DNA from: Callorhinchus milii
Taxonomy: Eukaryota
Assembly: GCF_018977255.1 (NCBI RefSeq)
Contig: NW_024704742.1
Span: forward strand, 31,002,001-31,066,000
Length of the DNA: 64,000 bases
Reading direction: 5' to 3'
Part shown: positions 16,401-28,400 of the stretch, piece after piece
How the letters are laid out: every line of letters starts with the position of its first letter
Position numbering within the stretch: the stretch's first letter is position 1
Translations under genes and position numbers: made by a program
Notes under the pieces: generated by a model
The model's input: the letters and a program-made list of their open reading frames with translations, nothing else
Told to the model about the DNA's origin: nothing
Databases searched by the model: none

Positions 16401-19400
16401 CGCCCTGCCCTGGAATCGTACAGTACATATAATCTCACACTTTATTACTAAACAACACACGCACACAAATGTTTATTTCCTACTTACCATGGAAATACCA
16501 AGTCTGCCAGGGTTAATCCTGTAAGCGTAAAATGAGAATCAGAGCTAGCAAAGGTTATTGATCAATAGTATAGGGAGAAAAAGATGTTTTACATCATATC
16601 CTTTATACCTGTTACTAAAGAGGACAGGCTATCATTAGACCGAAGCACACACAAAGCAAAATAAAACCGCAATACATATATCGAGTACTGTTCTGATACC
16701 TCTTTTTTTTAAGCAAAAACAATCCTTCTGAATTTAGATTCACCATTCAGTTGCAACTTTTAAAAAGAAAACAAAAACAAAGATTAGGCTACAAAATTAC
16801 ACAAGATGCTAATGAGTAATAAATCCAGGCCATCCTGAGAGGTACGAGATGCTAACTTACCATTCCACCTTTCATGCTCGAGGAACCAGTACTTTCCAGC
16901 TCCATAGTTAACAAAAACCATGATCACCAAAGCCAGTCTAAATTAATTCAAAAAACAAGATCCTGTTACAACCATTGAATGTATAGACATCAGGAGACAA
17001 CAGGAGTCCTGTAGCTTAGTGGTCAGCGCACTCGCCTCGCAAGCGAGAGGACCCGGGCTCAATTCCAGCCAGGGTATTTGCTTACTCCATACGCTTCTAT
17101 TTACTTAGCAATAGTAGCAACCAGATTGTTAGTTGATTAACGGATCGTTTTCCAGGGGTAATAATCCCTCAAAAAAACAATTGGTCACTCAATCCATGAC
17201 TGTTTGTGGGACACTGCTGTGTGCAATTGGCTGCCGCTTTTCACCCACAAAATACACAGTCAATTCACTTTACATTATATTCTGTGAAGTGCTTTGAGAC
17301 GTCTCAATTATGTGATAAGGTGCTGTATCAAATGCAAGGATTATTATTATTATTATTATTAAGTGACCTTTGCACTGTGAATGGTTAGGTCACCGACTCA
17401 GGGAGGCAGGCATCCTTGGTTTGGACTGCGTATTTTGTGGGTGAAACATGGCAGCCAATTGCGCACAGCAGTGTCCTGCAAACAGATTGTGGATTGTGGA
17501 TTGAGTGACCCTTTTTTTTGCCAGGAATTATTACCCCCGGAAAGCGATCTGCCAATCGACTAACAACCGGGTTCCTACTGTTAGGTAAACAGAGGTGTGT
17601 GGAGTAAGGAAACTCACTTAAGGTTTTCTATGTGAAAGCAGCATGAGAGAATGACAAAAGACACAAAATTGTATTGATTCCTTGGGGAAGTTCGTTTTTA
17701 GAATCTGAAAGTATTCAGGGAAGAGTTACACAGAGAGCAGAGGGGGAAGGTCACTGCAGTTATAGAACAAATATCTACTTTAAAATGACAAGTTACACAT
17801 CACACAGCAATTCAACAGAGTATGAGGACATGGGTTTCTTCCCTGTTTCTTCCCCCTTCACACCCAATAGCTGGCAAGACACAGCCCTTTCCTCCCAAAG
17901 AGAAAACATTAAACCTCACAGAATTTTTTTTTAAAAATGTAATGTGCCGAAAGTAATTGCAAAACACTGTCTACTTGTCAGACTCTGAGGAACCCTGTAC
18001 AATGATCCACACTCACTTCAGCTTAAACATAGAAACTCAACTCTGCTTTTTTACTCTCTCCCCAAGACAGGCACACCACTCAACACAGGAAAGAAAAATG
18101 CAACTGTGGGGAAAAGCATTGCTGTTGTAAATAGTGAAGCAAACTTCATGTTCTGGGATCATTTCAGTTTAACAGATTGCAGCATTTTTATCACAAACTC
18201 TCCGTCGGGCGGATGTCCCAAGGCGCTGGAAAGACAAAGTTACGGACCCGAGCTGAGGGTCGGGGTAGGGAGGGGGGAGGGCAGGGGGGGAAGTAGGGAG
18301 ATCGAAAGCATGGTCGAAGAGGAGGGTCTTGAAGGTTTTTAAATTTGGAGTGGAGGGGACAAATGGACAAGCAGGAGGCTAGAGCCAGCCGAGCAAAGGC
18401 AGCAGGCAGTGGAGTGAGGAGAAAGGAGATTAAAAAGGTAGGGAGTTGCCATGGTGTGAAAGGATTGTAGATGAGTGAGAGGATCTTGAAATTGATCAGT
18501 TCTGTGATATGAAGCCAGTGCAGCCCCGGCAAGGACTGGTGTACAGAGTTTGGTGTGGTTGAGTATACGGGCGGAGTAAAATTCTACACCTGACAGGCTC
18601 TTCTAGCACCTCGCTCACACCCCTGGGCAGGATGCAAGCGATCGATGTCCAATGGATGATCATGGTTTAACCTCTGCCCTTTAACCTATACTACAAACCA
18701 ATTTTGCCCCCACAATCTTCATTGATCCTCAAATATCACACTCATCTCCAATTCAGTTCTTTCGTAAGATCTGAAGAAATGGTTTCCTTACCTGGTTCAG
18801 CTCTGTCTTTCCTTCCTCCTACAAACTATTGTGTTTTCAAATCCAAGTTAGGATCATCTGGCACTATTTCTGAACTTTCCCTGTTACATTTCACCCTTGC
18901 TGGTGACCTGCACTAACCTTCACCCTAAGATTTTCAATGAGAGAGAAAAAAAATTGAACTGCGGATGGAAGGAGAAGACAGTTTTCAGACAAGGTTTTAT
19001 AGCCACACCTTCACTGCAGAGGTCAGGTCTGCTGTTTGATAATAGGTCCACAATACAGAATTTGCCAACTGGCCAACCGCATGTTCTTGACAGAGACTTT
19101 GAAACAATTTTAGTTGCAATGGAAAGCCGATTACCCTCTAAACGTGTCCAGCGAGCGAAGTCGGCGAGACCCTGGATTTTGTTGAGAAAGCAGCTTGACA
19201 TGGCTCGTGCTGTCTGCTGCCCTGTTTGGTGTGCCCACCTCCTTTGGAGTATGCAAAACAAAATTAGAATCAAAAGCAGCAGTGCACCCAAAAAGTGGAA
19301 GTGAAGCCAATTGATTGCTGTTATGCTTTGATTGTTTAAAAAGTTTCTCATTGCACATCTGTGTTGCCCAACAGTGTTGCGAAAGGAGGTGCACAGTAAT

Positions 19401-22400
19401 AGTATAATAATGACAATAATTATTATTACATGCAATATAAGCATACGTGCTTCGTAAGCATACAACATACGGTCACTGCACTTTACAGTAAATCACATGA
19501 AGTGCTTTAAGACATCCTCCCAACATGAAAGATGTTATATAAAATGCAAACATTATTATCAGTCATTATTATAAATGAAGGAATCAATCAGCTTAAGCAG
19601 CTTTATCCTGATTTCGCAAGATACCTATTCTGATTGCATTGCAAATATTCCTTCTACATTTCACAAATTCAATATGAAAAATGTAACAAGATAAAACACT
19701 GAGCACATCAAAAGTAGTCATTGCATTTAATACAACAACAAGTTACATTTGTATAGTGCCTTTCACTTCCGGAGGACATCTCAAGGTGCTGGACAGTTAA
19801 GGATTTGGACCTGAGCTGGGGTTTGGGATCAGGAGGGGTGAAGGGTAGGAAGGGTGAAGGTAGGAGGGTGACCAAAGGCGCAGTTGAAGAGGAGGGTCTT
19901 GAGATGGGCCATGAAGGAGACAAAGGAGAGGGGACTGTGGGATGGAGTTCCAAAGGATGAGGGCAGAGAGGGTGAAAGCCCGATCACTGATGGCGGGCAG
20001 GGGACTTGAAGCAGGCCAGAGTCTGCTGAGCAGAGGGAACAGACAGGTCGGTATGGGGTTAGCAGGTCACCGAGGTAAGGAGGAGTGACGCCGTGGAGGG
20101 CTTTGAAAGCGAGCACTAGGATATTGAATTCTATCCTCTGGGGATGGAGAACCAGAGGAGCTGAAAAGGAGAGGGCCAAGGACAGAGCCCTGAGGAACCC
20201 CAGAGGTGGCGGAAGAGGACAGAATGGTCGGCAGTGTCGATGGCAGCAGAGAGATTAAGGAGGACAAGGAGACAGAGAGAGCCCTGGTCACAGATGGATA
20301 AAATGTAATTTGTGAGTTTGACCAGGGCTGTTTCTGTGCTGGGGGCAGCATGGAAACCCGATGGAAACCAGCATGGAGGGGCTTGTAGAAGGAGTGGCGG
20401 GAGAGGAAAGAGCAAAACTGGGAAGCATTAACTTTTTCAAGATCTTTGGAAAGGGAGGTTGAAGATGGTGCAGTAATTGGAGAGCAGGGATGGTTCCAGA
20501 AAAGGCTTTTTGAGAATGAGGGGGGTGACGGCTGTTCTTAAGGGGATCGGAAGGGTGCCAGTGGACAAGGAGTTTGATGATGTACAGTGCCTTTCGTATC
20601 GTGAGGATGTCTTAAAGTACTTCACAGGATTTACTGTAATGTGCAAAGTGTCGTGATATCGTTATACTTTGTAGCGGGGAAAACAAATAGAGAAATCAAC
20701 TTAAAAACTAAGTAACCTCAAACTTCCGATAACTCACGGAATTAATCAGTCTTTCTGGTTCTCTGCGAGTTATCAGTCGGTTCAGCAGATTTTGAACAAA
20801 CTGAAGTCTGAGGAGGATAAGAAAAAAAGGGAAGAGAAAGAATATTTTTCATAAAACGGTTCTTCTTTTTGAAAAAAAACTTATTTAAAGAAAATTGCAG
20901 CACCTACCTGAGCAAATGCCTTCCTAAATATATCAGTATAGCCAATCCAATGTAAAAAAGAAATGCATATAAAATGGCTGTGAGGGAGAGAAAAAAAACC
21001 ACACTGGTAAAGTACAGAACATGAAACATAATGTAAACAATTTCACATTCATTATCCACACAACCTTAATCATTACGCAGCCAAAAGTTCAGTTTTTCTA
21101 ATTGCACCGCACACGATTAGAGTGAATATGCAGAATACACAGTGAATGAACGCATAACTCAACCCATCATGTCAGTCTTTGTATCAGCTCCCACTTGCAG
21201 GACTGACCTGCTCCATTCCTCTGCTCCTTCCCTCCCTCCCTTTATTTTTCAGGAAGGTATATTCTAATTCATCTTGAGATGTTATTATGAACTTGTCTTC
21301 AGCGAGCTATTTATGTTGAGGTTTGCCACGTTCCATCAGCCCCCCTGTTCCTTCCAACCTCTTAAAATTTCTCCTGAGATCAATCCCCAATCAATCCCTA
21401 CTTTCCTGTTATAGACTCTTCAACAAGTACACGCAAACTTTATTTACCAAATCAGAACCATTCATAATTGTCACAACCTCCATTTGATTAACAACAACAA
21501 CTTGCACTTATGTAGCACTCTCCATGCAGGGTAGAGTCTCAGAGCACTTGAACCTCCATTAGAACCTCCCTCTTTACCTTTTCTGCTCCTGGCTTTCCAT
21601 ACAGAATACCTCAGAAAATTACTCATTGCAATCCACCCAATAAGCATATTCTGGGCAGACGCTAAAGTAACAACAACAGCCGTAGGAAAGCAATCTATAG
21701 TGCAGTGGAGCATCCCCCTAGTAAGGTGGGAGAGGGCCATAGAAAGATTTTCCTCTTTGATGCCATCATAAATTTATACCTCACTAAATCCCCACGCAAA
21801 CATGCCCCCTTCCTTACACAGTTCTAGAGTAAGAAATGTTAGAGACAGAAACTATAAATCTGGAAATGATCCACAGGATACTTACGGAGGCTGCTGTTGA
21901 TAGGCTCTTGGTCAGTGATTATTGTGCAGTTTACCTGCTCACTGCCAACACTGAGGTTGGCCCTTACCACCCATAATGAATAGTGTCCGAACTCGCCAAA
22001 GCTTTCACTCACCCTGTAAAAGAGCGGCACACAGATTCGAAAGGGAGGAAACAAAAATGTATTTCAAACATATTAAACTCTGCACCAGCTACTCACAGTG
22101 CAAAAGGATCCTTTCCCAAAACCACAGCAGATTGCAAGCTGCAATATCTAAATTTAATTGAAATAGCTTTCCCAGCCACACTCCTTTGCATTTGTGTTAC
22201 TTCCTTCACTGTGAAGGGATTCTATGAAGATCCCAGCATCCCGTTGCTCTGAACTGTCTAAAAAATTAATTTCACAAGTACCTACAAAATCATATTTGAG
22301 ACTTCAATAGAATAGAAGCTGCAAATCTGAACCATGCAGAAAATACTCAGATGTTAAAATTGAATTTGACACCAAAAGTACAAAACTGCACTGACATAAG

Positions 22401-25400
22401 AGCAAATTCTATGATTTTGAGATGTCTCAACGGTGGGATAAGGCGCTATGCAAGGATTATTAATTAGTATTATATTATATCTTAATATAGTGCCTACAAC
22501 ATTGAAACATCTTAAACTGCTTCCCAGGCAATTACTGTCCAGTATAATAGGGAGACTGGCCACCAAAATAGTTCAGTTCAGATAACAAACTGGGCAGATG
22601 CAGATTGTACAATTCCAGGACCTGAAAGCTTCACCCCTGCCTGGTTGCAAAGAAAGTAGACAGGATGTCACAGTAAAGCAAGTAACACAAATGCATACAT
22701 TTGTTGTCCTCAGACTCAAATTAGTACAGTGTAACACCAGCACAGAGAGCAAGGAGTGCCAATGGACAAAGTCAGGACAACCATCAGCTCACACACATTA
22801 TCGGATATTGGCTTCTTCAGAACTGCTCAGCTCTCTTTACAATCAGAATTTCTTACATATAACTCCAGTGGAGAAGATGATTCATCTGATTGCCCCCCCC
22901 CCCCAAAAAAATAGTTTTGATACGAGTAGGTGTTTTAATGTGTCTCTACAATATTAACATAAAATTGTAATGGGTTAACTTAGCAGTCAGCTACATCAAC
23001 TCAGCAGTAGTCTGGCCTGTAAAGAGATGGGGTTTTTTAAAAAAAATAACTGGCCTCTCATAGTTTTGGCATTTACAGTAAAAATCATTTCAGTCAGTAT
23101 TTCTGGTCCTGATCAACATCCAGCAGTGCTGAAATGTGTGCGTTTGAGAACAGAATCGGAGATGTCCATAATTCCTGCCATCCAGTTGAGCAACCTGCCA
23201 ACAGTCACGGGGAAGGACGGGGCAAAGCTTGCACAACAACAACAACTCGCATTTATATAGCGTCCATCACGCAGGGTAGCGATCCAGTGAGCTCGACAGT
23301 GGCACAGCACGACGATGAGCCAAGGTAACCTTAGGCACGGGCGAAGAGGAAGGTCCTCAGGCACAACTGAAGATGGGGAAAGACGGGGTAAAGCGGAGGG
23401 ATAGAGTTTAAGGGACTCGAGCATATGACAACTCAAACAAGGTGTAAGACAGCGTCTGGTATCCACGAGTCAAACATCAAAGGAGAGAATATTGGCAAAC
23501 TAGTAACTATGAGGGGAAACAATCAGGTACATTGGGATCTTAACTACAATTTTAATAATTCATTTAAGCTCAATTTGGATTGCAAGATACATTCACAAAT
23601 ATATTCACTGAGCATCTGGTCACATCAGATGGTCAAATACTCTGGCATTATTTTAGAATATCCATGAAGTAAATATTATTAACTGCATTTTGATCAGCAT
23701 TTGATATTGAACACAGTCACTACACTTTACAGTATTTGTGAAGCTCTTTGGGATGTCCTACACATGTGAAAGATGCTATACCAAATGTAAGGATGACGAT
23801 TATTATTATTTTTATTATTCTATTACTAATATTGTTATTAAGGCGACTAACCAGCATTGTGAGAAGTTATCCTATGTGAAGGGCACTATATAAATGCGAG
23901 TTTTTGTTGTGGTAGTAACCAACGTTTTTCCAGACTGATACTTCTTGATTTGCTAATTTGTATCTTCTTCTGCATTCACATAAACTATGACTCAACTGAT
24001 CACAAAGAAATAATTTCTATGCAAATTGATTCAGTGGGAGAATAGCTCAGCTAATTGGCAAATGAACTACTCGAGAGCTTGAACAAAGAGAGGCACATTT
24101 GGATCAGGAAAGAACAGCACATACAAACAGAGACAGAAGTGTACCACTAACCTGCACACCTCTTGCACAGGGTCCGTAATGTTCAACTGCAATGTGAGCG
24201 GATATTTGGAGTCTACAATAAATGTTGAATTTGCAAAATGCCCTTCACCTTTTCCTTGGTGCACATTTCCCAGCTCCTGAAACAGGCACTGAAGAAAAGA
24301 CAGAGCAGCAGAAGTTAATATTTTAATTCNAAAAAAGTCTTTAATTTAGTAACCAATACAAATAACTGCATTATTCAAGTAGTAGCATCTTAACCATGTA
24401 TTTCAAAATTTCATTTGAAGCATCATTTGGACCCAAAATATATACACAAGACACACAAGACACTGGTTATCTTTCACAGGACTATCTGGAGTGGCGAGCA
24501 TTGTACTAGACTTTCTCAATTGTCCGACAAAAAACATAGCATGTCTCTCCTTGAATCCATAGGCATTATTGGTCCCAAGCTAACAAAAAGGTTCAAACTT
24601 TTTCTCATCTAATTTCCTATTCCCCTCTCTTTGATTAGATGCTTTATGTCATTAGACCAAAAATAAGCTTAAATAAATATGTAAAACCCACATTGACCCA
24701 GCATGTCCACATCCCTTTCAGATAGCAATAGGGAAGCACAGATAAGCCACACTAATGTACACCCACCTGGTAGCAGTGTTCTGAGAGCCAGGAAACAACC
24801 AGACGTTTATTAAACTCATTGTGAACGGTTAAACTCGCTTGATCCATCCCGGGTCTTCGAGGCTTCCCTTCAGGTAATTCTATTGAGAAATAAAGAGGCA
24901 TTACAGTATTATAGTATTCACACAAGTTGCACAGTGCGATTAGCTTAAACTACTCAGACAAGCACACCACAAAATAAGGTCAGATTGTTCATAAAATGTA
25001 TGATTCCAAACCAACTCCTTTCCTTACCGGTACCCACTTTGTCTCTCCAGGGCAATCACTTCCCACAGTTGGTGTGGGCAACCTGCTCCCAGTTGATGCC
25101 AACACTGCTCTTGAACCATATTGCGGTAAAAGCAACAGCAAATAATAACAACACTCTCTCTGTCGGTTTGCCTTCTACACAGTGCTTAAAAATGGAGAAA
25201 AGAACCCAGGAAGGTCCCTCAGTGGAACACGGGAAGAACCCAAGGATAGCACTCACCACAGTGCTTCCCGTTCACGTCTCGTTTCCTCTCTCCATCGGTC
25301 CTGCGCCGTTTCAGCTAACTGTTTGCTCAATTCCTCAATTTTCCCCCCATAAACACACACACACACACACAGTACATTCAGTTAAGGGCTACATTTAATA

Positions 25401-28400
25401 CACCGTTTGAAAGAATGCAACTTCTAAGTTCTTCAAAACGTAACAATTGGTTAGAATTGCAATGTAACCACACCAAATTGCACCGAGCTTTTTTTAAATA
25501 ATCTGAGATTGGCTCAAAGGTGCTTCTCTAATCAGGGGCCCAGCAGTATTTTGAATTACTCACCAAAACACAGGTTACGATCCAGCAACTTTCACAGCAT
25601 TTAAAATCTAGCAGTAAAATTAATTATGTTTCAAACATGGCATTAATCCATGCAATCTTGCATGAAGATATAAATGCTAAAAGCAGGCGCAATAGCTGTA
25701 ATCAGCAGAGTTGTTTTATTCCACGTGGATTTAATTTCTTGTTGTTTTGCCAATGTGTGTCTTAAACTCTGGAATTAGATCAACAGGGTTCACCCACCAA
25801 CAAGCAGTCATCTTAGAGCTTGTAGACATCAACTCGACCAGTGGTCTTTTTGGTCTGCAAACCAAATAAATGTTCTCGATTGAATATTTCCTTATTTACG
25901 ACTATTTCAACTGCTGGCAATGCTGTGCTACAAAACAGCTCTCCTTGAGCATCACTCAGGGTTTAACTGCACTCAGAAAAATCATTTTACTGAATGTTTC
26001 TTATTCATCTCCTACTAATGGTAGAGACCACAAAGAGAATCATCTCTATTGCTAAGGTTATTCCACATGACCCTGGTCAAGCCACCATGCTGCAGGTGGC
26101 AAAGTGGCTAAACTGACTGAATAAAAGCCTTAACTTACAAAAGAAATATTAACGCCAGTACAACCATGGCAACGGCGAGGAGAAGAGGAAGCATTCCTTG
26201 CTTTTCAAATGGTAAAGTGACAGGTTTTAAAATGAGCATTGATAACCTGGGTTTAAAAAAAAGGTTTACAGATCACAACTGGGGAAAAGGGAACCACTTA
26301 CAAGTGTAGCATAAAGTATATTTAACATCAAAACGTTACCAAAGTCTATAGATGTTATGTTGCTACATGCTGTGGATAAGCTTAATGAGAGTTCAGAGTT
26401 CAATTTGAATAATTAAATTCAGAAAGAGTAAAGTCAGGAAATGCCATTGAAAGAACTCCTGCTGATATCTTGGCATCAAAATAATAAATTCAGAACTTAA
26501 TGCAGAACTTGAAATATTCTTGGCTTGCTTAAAGTTAATTTCTTCCAGCGCATCACCATTTAGCCATCCCTACCCAATAAATAGTGTAGCTCCATTTGCA
26601 AGGGAGGGGAATTGTAACAGCTAAACTGGTTTGACAGATAAGGCAACAGATATACAGATATCTCAGGTGCAAAGACCACTGCTCTCCTATATCACTACTT
26701 TGGATTCCTCGCAATGCTTTAATAATATTTTGCACAAAGAAGCTGGAAAAAGTCCTCAAAATCTGCATCCTCATATCTGAAAATCAAAGGTCAAAATATT
26801 TTGCTAACTTCTCACAAAAACCAGAGTCCTGTAGGGTATTGGTTAGAGCACTCGCCTCGCAAGTAAGAGGATCCTGGGTTTCATTCCCAGGCAGTGCGAA
26901 GCCATAGGCAAGTTTCCTTATTCCACACTCCTCTGTTTACCGAGAGGTAAGTAGGAACACGGCTGTTAGTCGATTGGCGGATTGCTTTTCTGGGAATAAT
27001 AACCCCTTCAAAATTAATAAATAAAATAATAATTTGATCACTCAATCCATAACTGTTTGTGGGACACTGCTGTGCGCAATTGGTTGTCAAGTTTCGCCTA
27101 CAAAATATACAGTCAATTCACTTTTACAGTGTATTCTGTGATGTGCTTTGAGACGTTTCAAAGACATGATAAGGTGCTATATGAAATACAAGCATTAATA
27201 TCATTACAGAAGGTTATTGCTGCCTTGGTGCAAAGAGAAGGCAGATTGGACCAGTCGGATATCCAAGAAATGGGCACATTGATATACACCAATAGCTGAC
27301 ACTCCTGTATTTTGATCCCACTCTCTGGAATGCTACCTTGCCCTCTCACTCCATCCGCACTTAAAATCCCAATTTAAGACCCATCTTAGACTGTGTTTCC
27401 ACCGCCTTTCCCTACTCTTCCCCAGTTCCTCCTCCTCACCCTCCGACTTGGGCTCCAAATCAGCTGTATCAAGTGCTTTCAAATGTCTTCCTGATGTGAA
27501 AGAAGCTACAGTATATAAATGTGAATGTTGAAATTTTGCTCAGTCAAATCCGCCCATTAGAACAATAACTCATCCAAAAGCCAGATGAGCATCCTCTTCA
27601 CACTTTGTGTAATCTAAAGATCATTTAATTTGTACCCTTAGTTTGCAAGATTGAACTAAGTATTTGAAGCCACCCAAAGTTGCTGTTCCATAACAACAAC
27701 TTGCATTTATGTAGCACCCTTCACATGGGGTATCATCTCGCTACGTGGGGAGAATAGGAAGGCGAGTATTCCTGTGTGCACGGAGTCAACCATTCTTGAT
27801 TCTAGGGTTCTATCCCTCATAGGATAGAATTCAAAATCCTCGTTCTCACTTTCAAGGCCCTCCACGGACTTGCCCCCTCCTACCTCTCTGACCTGCTAAC
27901 CCCCTATCAACCTGTCCATTCCCTCCATTCAGCAGGCTCCGGCCTGCTCCATGTTTCCCGCCCGACCCACCTTACCATCGGTGGCCGAGCTTAGCCCCCA
28001 CCCTTTGGAACTCCATCCCACAATCCGTTTGTCTCGCTCCCTCTCTTGCCTCCTTCAAAGCACAACTCAAGACCCTCCTTTTTGACCGTGTCTTCAGCCA
28101 CCCTCCTACCTCTCTGCCCTACCTCATCCCGATGACTACTCCACACAAGCCTCCACCCATATTCTATCCTCTTCTCCCTCGAGCCTGCGTTGAGTTTCTT
28201 TTAAACGCTTTTTAACGTCTGTTAAATATTTGTCATACATCAAAGCTGATTCAATTGCATCTTCCTTCCTGATTCATCACTGGTTTAACTGGAAAACTCA
28301 TGGAGATTATGAGGCCTCAAGAAGTCACAGAATTAAGATCCATTTCAAAATCAATCCATTTAGTTTTTTTTTGCCTCTCAACAAAGCAAGGATTTCCATA

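Noticed and set aside
18897..19468. 182-aa and 135-aa ORFs overlapping HGSNAT exon 7
   Set aside because: Alternative-frame or antisense overlaps with a real exon plus SINE tail; no recognisable protein.
24330..24330. Single ambiguous base N
   Set aside because: Assembly ambiguity in HGSNAT intron 2; no effect on exon calls, but a reminder that base-level errors are possible.
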